A DNA stretch of 64,000 nt. Source: Trichodelitschia bisporula (Eukaryota). The notes beneath the pieces are model-generated. The model was not told the DNA's origin, ran no database searches, and saw nothing but the letters and a program-made list of their open reading frames with translations. The position numbers and the translations under genes were made by a program. Shown piece by piece: positions 12,291-26,070 of this stretch. Positions within the stretch are counted from its first letter, which is position 1. Each line of letters opens with the position of its first letter. Location: positions 1,648,579-1,712,578 of the forward strand of contig ML996688.1 of the NCBI GenBank assembly GCA_010356995.1, read 5' to 3'.

Positions 12291-14120
12291 TCTTGAGATG
12301 GCTAGGAACCAAGCTCGAGTGACTTGCTCCGAAAATCAGTACGATGCGGACTCTTTTACATCCGCGGTCATCGGATTGCCCAACACAGCAAGCTAGTACA
12401 AGGAACGCCGAGCTTCCCCCATCAGGAGCAAGGGATTACCCAAAGGACCCGAAATTTGACGTTTATGTCACTACAGCAATAGCCGCATATTACGAGTGCG
12501 GGTACACAAACACTTGTGGGTAAGGCGCTTGTCATGACCCCGCTACGGTTACACAACGGTGCGGCTGCAGGCGATAGTCGAGCAATGCTCAATATCATAT
12601 CAACACAATATTTTTGAAAGTGGCTGCTCTAGCCGTACTTCCATTGCCGCTATTGCAAGGGTGCTAAGAGAGGGGGACGGACGGGAGTGCATATGCAAGA
12701 AGTGGGGACTCATGGAAGGTCAAGGTGACCAACTTGGGACCAACTTGGACGACGACAAAGGGTATGAGGGGTCACCACGCTTGAACACCGGTTGTTACAT
12801 CGAAGGATTTCGGCATAAGAGTCTTACTAGGCTTTGCACCGGTTCATTATTTTGACCGGCTGAACAACAGCCATGATGGTGAGATCAAACGGATGTTGGT
12901 GCAGATAATAGGAGAGAAGAAAAGGATGCATACCGCCTCAAGCCGGCCACTTGCAGACAAACAGAGTAAAAGATCGGCGGTCAGACGGAGGCTGAAGACG
13001 CGAAGGCTTAACTTAGGTCGGGTTGGCCACAGCAACGGTGCGCGTAGAGTAATAGGAACTTTGTGGATTGCAGAGATCGGAGAGGTCGATTGGGATTGCG
13101 TATGTAGCCGATGACTGCAGACAGGGCGACGACGACACCCATGTTGGCTGAGGCAAGTGTCAGCGAGTCTGGACATGAGGGTGTGAGGAAAGCGCAATAC
13201 AGGAGACTCAGCCGAGAGGTTGACTAGCGAGTCAAGGAAGGGCCGAAGGCCAAGGATTTTCTTTTGAGGGCGGGTAGGGGGTACCTTTCCGACTTCCGCA
13301 GCTCGGACCCGCTTTGAGAAGGGAATTTTGTGAATTGCACTTGCCTCAATTCCCATCTTGATCGGCAAGAATGGTGAAGGGGGGAAGCGCCATCTGGACC
13401 GTTAGGCCACCTCGGAATGAACCCCCCGAGCCGTCTGTGGATGAGATGGGGGATGGAAGGGAAGTGGTGGTGATGTTGGACACTCACATCCTCACATCCT
13501 CACCCTCCTCCTTTCAGCCTGCTGCCTTCAGCTTTGCAGAGCCCACCCATCTCGGCCGTTTGCCCTGTGAAAAGCACGTCCTCCGTTGATGTGCATTGTC
13601 CTCACCATTCCGTCCGTGTTGTACGCAATTCACTACCCGTGGCCGGTCATTGCCCCCAGTTCCGTTTGCTACAGCAAGGTGCCCGCTGCCGAAGTCCCGC
13701 ACTTGCACCGCCAGCATCAACTCCAACAGCAACGGTCCCCCTCGTAAAATACCAACAGAACCAACATCGCCAGCCAAACCAACATCAGTCAGTCAGCATC
13801 AGGATAGGAACTTACAACACTACCGATACTCCATCGCGACAAAGATCCAAGAGGAACCAACACTATCAGACGGCCACCTGCTCGGACACTCCGCCCAAAC
13901 ATTGTACTTGTGCCTTTCGTTTCCGAAGGATGCGGCGTTGGTCGCTTTGCAGCTAGAGTACTCCGTTTATGGCCTTGGTTTCACTGGTTCTTGCAAAGGG
14001 TGTGTGACACCTGTCAGTAGTTCCCCGGCTTCTTCTGCAGTCTGGTGCGTTGAGCGTACCGCCTGAAACGGTGGAAGCGTTACGGAGTATAAGGGGACGA
14101 GGTACCCCTCCAAACTCAGG

Positions 14121-15939
14121 ATGAATCTGGGAGAACGGCAGGCACACGAACTCGACATTCTCCCCTCTCGGCCGAAGCGATCCAGCTACGCGCGGATGCC
14201 TCCCTCTTCGGAGAAAGCGGCAACTATCGACTCTCGAGCCATCTTCTACGGCGACGATGATGGATCTTGGGTGATCCGGGACTCGCGCCTCAACTCAACC
14301 ACAGCCACAATCGCAGGGAAGGTCTCGCCAGGCCCGCCAATCGATGGCGGGGCGCGAGCCTGGCTGTTCATGCTTGGCGCTTTTGTCATCGAGGCTGTCA
14401 TGTGGGGTAAGAGAAGCAATTCCTATTATTCCCAACTCCCCATTTCCATCCCAGTCATTCTTGATATTTTTATGCCTTTCTGTTCATAGTTTGCATCACC
14501 CTCCCTTGGGTTGCAATCTGCAGCCATGCGTCCTGTTGCAGTATGCTGGCGACCGCCCCTCGTCTTTTCCCTATCGTTGCAAAAAACTCTTGAAGCTCTT
14601 CCATCGCTGACAGTCTCACGCCTTCAGGGTTCCCGCTGTCGTTCGGAATATTTGCTGCACATTACCGCGATCTACCACAGTTCCGGGACGACAGATCCAT
14701 CCCGGTGATTGGGACCCTGGCAACGGTAGGTAGCCTTCCACTCGCGGGAAGCATGCGGTGTTCCATTCGCGCTAGAACAAGTTACCAGTTAGAGGAAAAC
14801 TAACGAATTGCAGGGAATACCATTTTTGGGCGCGCCTTTCATCACTCCATTGATGGGAAGATGGCACAACTATCGTCGCCAGATGATATGGGCCGGCTGG
14901 TTAACCTGTGCTGGTAGTCTCCTCGCCGCCAGTTTTGCAACAAAGCCCTGGCATCTCGTCGTTACGCAAGGCGTCGCCTACGGTCTTGGCTTCCTTGTGC
15001 TCTACTACTCCTTGTTGAGCATGTTGAATGAGTGGTGGGTCAAGAGGCGCGGACTTGCATACGGCGTCATATTTGCTGCTGCCGGGATCAGCGGCGTGGG
15101 CCTCCCTTATCTGATCCAAGTCTTGCTGCATCGCTTCGGCTTTGCCAACACGCTTCGCGCCTACGCGGTCGCCATTTTGGCTCTTGTCGGGCCAATTTTG
15201 CCACTCTGCGCCGGAAGGATAACGGAGAGGGACCCACAGCCGAGCACCCCTTTGGACTGGGAAACGATAAAAAATCCGCTGTTCTGGGCCTTCTCGTTTG
15301 CCAATTTATTCCAGGGGTTAGCTTTCTATCTTCCTGGGATATATCTGCCATGTGAGTTGTACCTATTGGTTACTGGCCAGTGTCTAATCATCCGCAGCAT
15401 TTGCACAAGCTCTAGCGCTCACCCCCTCGCAAGGCGCCTTGCTACTTTGCTTTTTGAATGGCTCCCAAGTGGCCGGACAAGTCCTAGTGGGTTGGGCTTC
15501 TGACTGGGTCAATGTCGTAACTCTTCTCATGGTTACGACGCTTTTCCCTGCCATCTTGGCGGGTGTGCTGTGGTATTTAGCGAGTCGGTTCGAACACATG
15601 GTTATCTTCAGCTTGCTGTTCGGTCTGCTCGCCGGGGGATTCAGTGTGCTCTGGCCCCGATTTATCAGCCTTTTGAGCGACGAGCCGACGACAAGCTTGT
15701 GGCTCTACGGGCTTCTGGCATTCCAGCGCGGCCTTGGCAGTGTTTCTTCAGGCCCGCTCAGTGCCGGCTTGCTCAAGCTGGAAATCATCAAGGGCAGCAC
15801 AAACCCCGCCGACTCTTACAAAGTTTTGATTCTCTTTGTGTCCATCTGTCTCTTCATCAGTGCCTTTGGAGGCGTGGCCTACTTCTTTCCCCAGCGAAAG
15901 GATTCGCAAGCTTCGGTTCGAGCGGAGAGTCCATTGTAA
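14121..15939 (+). CDS. MFS monocarboxylate transporter (Mch-like)
   Basis: PPIDGGARAWLFMLGAFVIEAVMW/GFPLSFGIF, TQGVAYGLG, EWWVKRRGLAYG, many TM helices; introns ~14407-14627, ~14726-14813, ~15352-15397. Confidence 0.88.
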
Positions 15940-18657
15940 GATTGTGTGGGCGGGCTTTTGTGACCACACTGCTTCTTATTTGTACATGAATGCATGTTAA
16001 CAAGGCGTATTGGGAGGGGCGGATGACTGATCAAAGCATTTTCGAGGCATCCGGACGGACGGAAAGTCCGAAGGATAGGAGTTTGGACTTGGAATACGGG
16101 CCGAGATTTGGCGGAGCTCTGATGGAGTACTTCTATCTCCTCCGCGATGTGGGCTATATGGCCTATGTAGATTTAGCTGCTCTGGGGGATGACTTGAGTC
16201 TCTCCTCACAATGCGAAATCAGTTTGAAACAACCTTAGAGCTCGTGAATGCCCGTCCCGGGGTGAGCCTGTAGATGGCGGCGAGGGTATAATTACTCCGG
16301 TATATAGGTGGCGATGGAGCCGGCAAAGAAGTGCCATGTGACTTGTACAGGATACGAAGGTGGATCGCACGCATCGGACGCAACGCACACAAGCGTGGCA
16401 ACGGTAAGGAAAGGCTAAAGTTCCCGCGAGATGTGGGACAGAAAGCGGCGGCAAAGACGGTTGAGGACGGGGACGAGACTAACAAACAAAGGCCTCTGTG
16501 CTTCGTGCTCGTCAATTACGACGACGGACTAAAAAACGCGCAGTCTGGCGCTGCGGTGCAGCGTGAGACACCCGGGACGGTTCGGTAATGCTGCACGACG
16601 GGTCAGCCGCGCGGCCGCGCAGGCGCAGGCCGGCGGCTCGGAGGATGATGCCGTTGAGGGGACTGACGGGCGGAGAGAAGGGCGGAGAGGGTCGCGTGTT
16701 GGGAGGCAGAATGTGCACAAGATGTAGTGGAGGGCCGGGTTGGGGCGCGTCGCTTCGCGGCCGCTTGCGCGGTCTCACGGTGCGGCTGGTGGTGTATTGA
16801 CAGTGACGACACTCCCGCATCTCGATGCGGCCGAACCCACCACCGTTTTGGCCCAAAGGGGGAACGCGAGAAACGCCAGTGCCGATCGCCCGCGGTCAAG
16901 CTCAAAGGCCAAGGAGCGCCAGCTTGGCATCTCCACAGTCTGCCTGGATGAGCTGACGGGACGGCTTGGGAGTTTGTTCTGACATCAACTCTTACCCCGC
17001 TTGCTTGAGCGTGGGGATATTGCCATTGTTGTGGTTGCTTATCGCATGATGATCCGTGGCTATAGCGATGATGGCCGCGGAGATGCCTATCTGAGGCGAA
17101 AATCGTCCGCTGGACGTGCCCCCTTCCGCTTTTCCAATAACCCAACAACGAGTCTCTCCGCGGCCGCGGCATCCTTCGAGTTAGATACGGCGAGTCACGC
17201 CCGAACGACGCATTCCTTTGCTCTCGCACCCGCTCTTACACCCCTTTGTCGAGGTGGTATTGCGCTATGCTCTTCATTCCCGTGGACTCAAATCAAGCCC
17301 CGGATTTGTCCCCGCTTACTCTGCCGACCCATATGGAGCATAAGCCGAGCAGTAAGCTGCGTTTAGCTGAAGAGCACCTGCGGCGAAGATGCCCTTGACC
17401 GGCTCGAGGGCTTGCTTGACGAATATCGGGAGTGGGACTTCTGCCCGGGAAACCCATGCGGTGAATGTTTAGCGCCCCCAAACGAACATGAAATAGACTG
17501 ACAGCCTCCCAATCAACGAGAGCTAAACATAACAGGAAGCGGGAATCCAATAATACATAAATTGATGTGCAGGAGAGTGGTCAAGCTCATGTCTGTGTGG
17601 CCGTAGGCTGGCCCTTCCGGCGCAGGGGCGCATGCACTCCCAACGTTGTTGGCCGCGCCTGCTGCGCCTACTTTGTTCATTTTGGTCTGCATCCTTCTGG
17701 TTGTTTGGGGCCGAATCCTCATTGTTTCCATGCCACTCACACGACGATGATGTAGTGCCCTGTGTCAAACTTGGGGGCAAGGAGGCCAACCTTGCTCACA
17801 ACCCCAATTACCTTCCGGCCTGTGAATAGCAACCTTTGGATTGATTGAAGAAAGGTGTTTTGATGGAGAGAGAGAGGCGAAGAAAGACAGAGAGCGACCC
17901 CACACAAGGAGAGAAGCTACGTATAAAGCTTTCATTGCCACCAGCCTGTGCGCATCGTACCACCATCCAGCCCCTTCACGTTCCGATTCTCTCTCCTCCT
18001 TGCCCTCACCGGCCTCTCCTCCGCCATTTGCTACTAAGCCCTAACAAAACTCTCCTCAGTTCGTTTCACCCCCCCGATCTGCGGCAGGATCGAGGAACGA
18101 GGGCACCATAATATATTCCGCATCAACTTGGATTCTGCACCCAAACGCTAGAGCACGCCAGCTCCGGTCTGGACCTTTAAGCTTGGGTTCTTCCCTCCCC
18201 CCTTCCGCCATCTTCGATTCTCAGCATTCACTTGGCAACCTCACCTGGGGTGCCTTCCTAATTCGAGGCCCGTTACTTCCTCCACGCATTGGCCCCCCCC
18301 GCAGCAATTCTTTGACTCGTTTGTTCACTTCTGCACTCCCTTTGATAAACAAGGTCACTACCACGCTTCCTTCAGAATTCGAATCCCACAAAGCGGCGGC
18401 TTCGACCTCCCTCGTCCCCCCCCGCCGGAACCTTTGCCCATCTCATATCTCGGTGCGATCTCGTACTCGAACCGGTTCATTGCACCAGAGCTCCGAATCT
18501 CCTATCCTTTGCTTCCATTCCGTCCGGAAAGTGCAAAGAATGAGCACTGTTGGAGCCTAAACCCACCGCCAAAAAAACTGACCTCATCGAATCCTCTACA
18601 CCCCAGCGTCGTGCCTCGCAGTACAGCTCAGCTCCTCAAACCAACCCCACCGGAACC

Positions 18658-19798
18658 ATGGACGAGTTGCGCTTAAAAAACCGCACGAGTAACGGCCACC
18701 ACCGAAGGCCTCACATTGCCGTCATACCCAACCAGCAGATCTCGAATCTCACCGCGTACTCCGGCCTAATAATCACGATATGGATGGTAATACTGTTCTT
18801 CATTCGGTTCTACATTCTTGAGGGCTTCATATTTCCGCGGTTCTATGGGCGAAAATGGAGGGACATGGATGACCCGCTGAAGCGCGGCTTCATGAATCAC
18901 CACATTGCTGGTGGAGTGAAGATCGTGCTACTCATCGCTGGCGCGAAGCCGTTCGTCAATGTCGTCTTCGGGTACTCGGATTTCACGTCGCCGATGGGGA
19001 AGCATGCACACCCGACAATGGGTGACCTGCTCATAGTTCTCACTCAACTGTTTGTCGCGATGTACGTCTTCGAGCTTTTTTACCGCAAGACTCTCTCGCC
19101 AGTTGCGGTGATGCATCACGTCGGCGCCGTCATCATCGCACAGAGCGCGGTGGTGCTCAGTCTGGACTTGGAGCACGAGCGCGATGCCACGATTGAGTTC
19201 GTCCTGTGTCTTGTATGGGGTAAGTTTCCACTTCCGGCTTTCTTCTTATGCGGCATCTAACCAGCTGCTAGGTGCCTTTGATGTCCTTGCTGAAGGCTGG
19301 CTCAATCTCGCCTTTATATTGTACCGCATACATCCTCGAAACCACGCCTTCCTTTGCTACCTCTTCTTCAGCACATGTGCCATCACAGTCATGGGGTCAG
19401 TGGCAGAGACAATCATGATCATGGTCTTGTTCGGTCAAAGCTGGTCCCGCTGGGAGCTCTCCTTCAAGATTGTCACGCCGATACTGCACTTCATCTTCAC
19501 CCTCGCCCAGTTACATGGCAGCCGCATCCTGTTCTCCATGTGGCTGAAGCAGAAGCGCTACCTGAAGGAGGAAGACGAGGCACACATGGATCCGGAGCTG
19601 GGACGGCCCAAGGCGAGCGACGAGGCTAAGCCTGAAGTGATCGTTACGACAGACAGCGGAGAGGCCTCGCGGACAGAAAGCAATCCTCCCGATACGCCGG
19701 AAGCTTCAACAATGCCGTCGGGCTCAACAACAGAACCCCCGGCTGAGACGCGGCGACGCATCGGTCCAATTACTCGCTTTATCACGGGGTTGCGGTGA
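18658..19798 (+). CDS. Uncharacterised fungal multi-pass membrane protein (TLC-like)
   Basis: Six to seven hydrophobic segments with RGFMNHH, MYVFELFYR, SPVAVMHHVG motifs; intron ~19220-19271; start could extend via an upstream exon. Confidence 0.7.
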
Positions 19799-20794
19799 TA
19801 GATACGGCGGACGGCGCTCTTTAGGCTCAGACTTTTATCATCAGCATCATGTACGGCGCATTCCGGGATCGTGTTTTCGGTTGGGACAGGCATTGGGCAC
19901 GGCGTTAGAGGAGCGGATGTACGTGTAATGGGAGCATTCCTTGGAGGATCAGGCGGATAGCTCTGATATTGCGGAAATACTTATCGGTAGTTGCATCTAT
20001 CTTTGCAAGCGTGATTGGTTGTTTGGCAACTACTAACTCGTCGTACTTTTGAGTTTCGAGATAGGAGGGCTAGAAGGGGGCAGATTTTGACCGGGTTGGA
20101 TCTGTTGGGGGGCTGGGTGGTGAGGCGAAGTTGACTCAGCATCTCAGGATCCCAACTGAAGGATCTCATTCCTCAGCCTAGGGACGGCTGGTCATCTATT
20201 TGCTTTCGGGCACTAAATGTGCGACTGCGTGGTCTAGACCCGAGCCCTGCATGGGTGTATGTGGGTGGGATCGGATCTACACGTGCGGTAGGGGTTCAGG
20301 GTACAGCAGGATGCAAGTTTTGATACCACGTTGATTTGTAAACGCCTGCCTGGGTTGCTTTGGTGAGTAGGGGCGTGAGCAGGGGAGTTATCGCTGCGAT
20401 CCTGCAGAGGTTCAGGGGCTAGGGAAGCAGTGACTTTACGCCCTGGCGGAGGGTCGTGGTCCGAACGATATCAGGCAAGTGCTCTGGGTTTCTCGACGTC
20501 GATCGATTCCGTCTGTGGGGTTCTTGTACGCTGATCATGCAACTGTAGCACTTATGTTTATGACTTAACCCTCCGATCCCTCTGCATCACATCGTCATAC
20601 CCTGATGCTCTTCGGCTGTGCCTCCTCCTACGGCGAGGCGAGGCCCAGCACGCACTGCCACGCCCCGGAGGTTGGAGCTGTTGGCAACCTCCCGCAGATG
20701 GTCTCTAACAACAGTCGGGTGCACCTGCAGTCTCTCGTGTTTTCATATTCATCATACTTCCATTGCTATCTAAGTCTCGCTCTAGTTCCAGCAC

Positions 20795-22013
20795 TCAGAT
20801 CACATCCTCCTGCCCGCCCAGAGCCTCACGGCGCGACTTGCTGGCCGGGTCGTAGTACGGCCGCTCGCCCAGGCTCACGGCGCGCTGGCCGGTGCGCGGG
20901 CCGAGGTTGAGATAGTCCCAGGTGGCCGTGTGGTAGACGCTGCGGTTGTCCCAGATGGCCAGGTCATTCGGGTTCTCCCACCGGAAGCGCACTTGCAGAT
21001 CGTGGTTGTCGGCAATGAGCTGCACGAACCAGGCGAGCGCCGCTTTGCTTTCCTGCGGGATGTCAGTCACGGAATATGCTCTGGAGAGAAACTCCATACC
21101 TCGGGGGTCAGGTCGTCGATGGACTGCACGTGCGAGCCCACGGCGAACACTGACTTCCAGCCCGTAACGGGATTCGTCCGAATCACAGGGTGCGTAGCCT
21201 TAAGCTCACTCCCCACATTCTCCGGCGCCCCGCGCTGCTCGGCATAAAGCTCATACCCATTCTCCTGCGCCGCCTTCCCAAACCCGGGCTGGGCATACGT
21301 CGCCGTCAAACTCTCAAAAAACTTCTGATAAGGCTTGGAAAGGCGGTCATACAACTCGTACCCCGAGGCCCAAAGAGTGTCGCCCCCGGTCTTGGGCAGT
21401 TGCGTCAGACGCAGGATGGCGTAGTCGCTGGGGATGGGCTCGAAGGTGATGTCGCTGTGCCAGCCGGATTTGCCGTTCTGCCGCTTGTCACTGATTTGGA
21501 TTAGGTTGCTCTTGCTGTAGGACTCTTTGATGCCTTCGCTGCTGATGACGCTGATTTCGTTGTCTTTGCCGCCGAGGCGCCGGCCCGCGTTGGCAATGGG
21601 GTGGATGTGCAGGCCGGAGGTTTTGGGCTTGCCGCTGGGGGGAGTGAGTAGACTGGTTATATAAGGAGGATGGGAGTATACCTGAGCTGGCCGAGGCGCT
21701 GCGCAAGTTCCTTTTGCAGGTCGTTGTCGAGGTCATCTTGCTTGCGGAAGAAGACGACGCCGCGGCGCGAGATGGTGATGGCGAGATCACGAATCAAGTC
21801 GTCTGAGTTCGGGGCGCGGAGTAGCTGTTTGAGGTTTATGGTCGGGTACTCGCGGCCGATGACGGGGGTCAGGTCGTGGGATTTGTACTGGTTGAGCAGG
21901 CCTTTGAGCTGGAGGGGCTCGCGGTGCTGGGTCGCGGGAGTCTGGGTCTGCTCTGCGGCGAGAGTCTCCTTTGACTCGGCGACGACGGGGATGGTTTGGG
22001 TTTCGGTGGCCAT
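20795..22013 (-). CDS. TauD/TfdA-family Fe(II)/2-oxoglutarate-dependent (sulfonate) dioxygenase
   Basis: DLTPVIGREY, RGVVFFRKQD, GWHSDITFEP (HxD), GGDTLWASGY, HPVIRTNPVTGWKS, DLAIWDNRSVYH; two introns. Confidence 0.93.
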
Positions 22014-22168
22014 TGTGGTGGTTATGCTGGGATGGGATTGAGGGATTGATACTTTTGTATTTGATACTGCTTCTATGGATGCTTTATACACATGGCTTTG
22101 CTGGCTAGGCTTCAGCCTTTCTTGCGACATCGAATCCGAGATACCGGGTTGCAACAGACAGGCAAGCA

Positions 22169-22178
22169 ATGGCATCAT
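22169..22178. promoter_or_regulatory. Putative CYS-3/MetR-type bZIP binding site upstream of the TauD gene
   Basis: ATGGCATCAT fits ATGRYRYCAT, ~155 bp upstream of the ATG; TATAAAG on the minus strand at ~22082-22088. Confidence 0.45.
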
Positions 22179-23108
22179 ACAGGGGCGCTGAATACACCCC
22201 GAATTGGAAATCAAGCAGCCAATAAGGCTATCACGAACGATCAACGGGCATATAGCATTGCAGCACCAAGCCTCGCATTGTGAGTTCGTGAGTTCTCGCC
22301 CCCGGCAGGTCGTGAGAATGGTGCCGATCTATCCGTCCGAAGAGCCGTGTATTCCGGGGAATATGGGGTTGTTCGTGAAGGGTGGTGATGTTGAGTGTGA
22401 AGTCGCGATTTACGGTTCATTGGCGTGATTTCAGCAAAAGCAAAGATGGGGTGCTGTTGCGATTGTGGAGTCGCATGTCGAGATCTAGGCCTGCATGTAG
22501 GTCAGCCTTGGCGACCCGGAGAGGTGAGAGCTCGGAGGGGAGTTTGCTCGGTCGCGAGCGCGTCTATCTCCAACGTGACCCCGCTGTTGCAATCTGTCTT
22601 TGCCGTTCTTCGCCATTGCCAACAGATGCCGCAATCATCTCTTTCCTTGACAGCTAGCATGACTTCTCGATTGACTCTTGCCATTGGAGTAGACGAGGAG
22701 CGCGGTGTGCACTGTGTCGGCATGTTTCTTGACGTTTCTCGTCTCAGCCACTTTGTGATCTGATACCCCAGAAAGCTTGTCTGCTAGAACCTCACCATTG
22801 TAGCTTTCAAACATCCCCGACCCAAGAGCCTGAGCTGTCGGCGATGAGTCTCAAGGGCGTATCGTGTGTTTACAAACAGCAAGGGATAGCTGTGAATATG
22901 AAGCCACTGATTTTGACCGCGTTTCGAGGGATCTGCGTTTGAACTTCTGTCGTTCCCTTTTGAAGGTTGAATCGCCATCCATATTGAGGACTTTCACTCT
23001 CGCTCTCGCTTACGCTTGCCCTAGAGCTACAGCTGTCGTTTAGTTGTCGAGATCTTCGAGTGTGCAGTTCAATTCTTCAAAACTTCACCTCCAAGCTGGT
23101 CTTGAGCC

Positions 23109-24488
23109 ATGTATGCCCCCATCCTCCTCGCCCTTCTCCCCACCATCCTCGCCTTCACCACCTCCCCCAATGCAGACCCATCAACCTGCCAAATCCCCTT
23201 CCTCATCCCTCCCGCCTTCCAACGATCCTGCGCCCCCTTCCTCTCCCCCACTGTCGACCTCGAATCCACCCCTCAAGACGCCAGCAACATATCCTCAGCC
23301 CTAATCCGCTCCCTCCCCACCCTCTGGTCCCACGAACCCTACTGCGTCCACAGCCCCTCCGCCCGCACCACATTCTGCGTCTACACCCGCACGCCCTTCG
23401 CCTCCGGCCGCGGCCTCAGCATAATCTGCTCCCGGGAAGCACTCTCCCAAGTAACCAGCGCATCCGCCTTCCGCAACCCTGAGCCATGGACCGTGGCCCG
23501 GCCCGCGGCGGCGGGGAAATACACCGCGACGCCAATTCCAAACAAAGGATTGGGAAATGTAGCGACGGCTGCGATATCGCAGTACGAAGAGCTGCACGCC
23601 GAGACGCCGCTGCTGCTCGTTCAGGACACTGCGATGCAACATGTGGAGTGGGATGTGCTGTTCGGGATGCTGCGCGTGGCGGTGGAACGGTTGCCGGATA
23701 AGAGTAGGAGGCGGTTTATGGAGCTGCATGGACAGTTTGGGGGCGATCCGTTGTATGACCGGATCAATACCAATGCGTTTAACGGGAAGGTGGGGAGTGG
23801 CAGTGAGTCGTGGTGGACGGTTATGCCGGAGTCGTCGGTAAGTGGTTAGGCAATGCGGGAGGGCGAGGCTGATGCGGACCGTAGCGGTTCAACCACGATT
23901 GCAGGCCAAACGCCGTATACCACTTCGATCCCCAGGGCCTGACGCAGCACATCCACACCGTGCGACCCATCGCGCCCGGCGAAGAAATCACCGTCTCATG
24001 TACGCTCCCCGTCCCTGCATTCTACCCCTTCTAACCCCGCAGACCTGATCCCCACCCTCACACACGCCGAGCGGCACCAGAAGTTGAAGGCGGAATGGGG
24101 CTTCCAATGCGACTGCGCGGCGTGCAACGCAGCGCCCTGGGCCGTGGAACTGTCCGACGCGCGCCTCTCGCTCATCAGCAAGCTCGAGGGGCACCTTGAT
24201 GATATTTTGTCACGGAACGACGCTTCGACCGCGTCGGCGGAGTTGTTGGTTAGCTTGTATGAGTCGGAGAGGCTGGATGGGGCTATGGCGGATGCGTATG
24301 TGTTTGTGGCGTTGGAGTGGGCGTATGTGGCAAATGCCGAGAAGGCACGACAGTGGGCTGACAAGGCTATGGCGGCGATTGGAGCTTTGAGGGGACCATG
24401 GAACGAGTGGTATCAATCGATGGCGAAGTTGTTGGTGGAGCCGGAGGGTAGTCCTGCTTGGGATTATTTTGCGCGGAAAAAGGCGTAG
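23109..24488 (+). CDS. SET-domain protein (Set5/SMYD-like) with N-terminal signal peptide
   Basis: IPNKGLGNVAT, INTNAF, S/RFNHDCRPN, IAPGEEITVS/Y, post-SET WGFQCDCAAC, helical C-terminus; introns 23838-23884 and 24000-24042; N-terminus MYAPILLALLPTILA. Confidence 0.88.
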
Positions 24489-25403
24489 ACAGCCGGAGAA
24501 TGTAAATCATAGGTACACGAAGCAGAGACAATCGGGACATCTTTGATAAAGTGGTATTGCTAACTAGATGACTATATGCAAGAAGCATAGTCGGGTATTG
24601 ATCTGAATCTGTAATCCATCAGTTGATGTCCGCCAGAGCAAAAAGCAATGATGAATGAGAGAATGTCCTCAGTGATCTTGGTGTGTGTAAGCATCATCCC
24701 CAGTGGGTCAAATACTATCTAGTGCTAGAGTTTTAATCATTGGACGGGGTGTAAAAAAATTGAACTGACCTAGCGCATGTGGGGCTGCAGACTCGGGAGC
24801 TTGATAAAGCTGCTTCCTACGGACAATCCTATGAGCAAGTTAGCAGAGAACAGGCATTCGCTGCTGACTCGGAAGATATGATTATGCTCAGAATATGTAA
24901 GAATTGAATATCATCGCTTCAGCGCCGTTGAGGGACTCCGGCGAGAGTCCCCGGTCACCGAGATCAATCGCAAATTATATCATCTCGGCAAGAGGGTAAA
25001 GGGAAGAAAAGAAGGGAAAGTCTTACCTGTTGAGTCAGTACAATGAAAGGATAACTGTCGGGAGCATCAGGTTAGTGAAGATGAAGCCATCCTCACGATG
25101 GATGAGGCTCTGGGAGCTGCAGAAGAGTCCATATGAAGGAGCTTGAAGGAGAAGCAAAACTTCTGAGCCTCTAAATACTAGTCCCTTGTCCGGGGTATGG
25201 TTATTCCGGGCGGAAGCTAAGTGGCTCCGGTTGCGTGTTCTTGCGCCTGAGGCAGCACCCACAAACCGAGCGCCAAGCGTCCGAGCGCACCCACTGCACC
25301 TCTGCGAATATTCACCGCAACCATCGCCAACTAACGACAACCGACAACCACAGCAACCCCATCCCCCAGTTGAATTCCGGCGGATCCCCATTCGACTTTC
25401 ACA

Positions 25404-26070
25404 ATGCCTTCAGGAGCCGGCCACAGGTGTAAGTTGATTCCCCCACGCCTCTGGCGGGCGCGTGCAATTTCGCGTTGCTCGCGCTCCCCGTCGCTTCGCA
25501 ATCCATAGGCTAACTTTGGCGATAGTATACGTGAAAGGGTATGTCCACTCCAAGATGCCTTCCAAGCCGCATGAATCCCATCGAGAAACGTCGAACTCCC
25601 GGTGTCTGCACCTTGCGCACCATGCACGACCGACTTCGATACCCACGGCGGTGACGAACTTGGGCTAAGAAACATAACAGACGTCACATCTCCTACCAGC
25701 GGGCCAAGCGCAACACGAACCCGAACACCAGCCTGATCCAGATTGAGGGCGTCGAGTCCACCGAGGCCGCCAAGTGAGTGCTACGAGGTCCAGTCGAGTT
25801 GCGATGCTAATGGTGCACAGCTTCTACCTGGGCAAGAAGGTTGCGTTCGTTTACCGTGCGTCCAAGGAGGTTCGGGGTACCAAGATCCGCTGCATCTGGG
25901 GCAAGGTCACGCGGACGTATGTTGTCACCGCTTCCACAGTACAACATATGGCTAACATAAGACGCAGACATGGCAACTCCGGCGTCGTTCGCGCTCAGTT
26001 CCGCAACAACCTGCCTCCCAAGTCGTTCGGTGCTGCGGTCCGGGTGATGCTCTACCCCTCCAACGTGTAG
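25404..26070 (+). CDS. RPL33: 60S ribosomal protein eL33 (L33/L35A)
   Basis: Exons give [37 protein letters not shown]...[16 protein letters not shown]...[28 protein letters not shown]...MLYPSNV. Confidence 0.97.

Noticed and set aside
12559..14066. Several overlapping 70-170 aa ORFs between the methyltransferase and MFS genes
   Set aside because: No recognisable domains or consistent splice structure; treated as intergenic
16206..18560. Dense overlapping Arg/Pro/Ala-rich ORFs
   Set aside because: Expected by chance in GC-rich DNA; appears to be the upstream region of the 18.6 kb membrane gene
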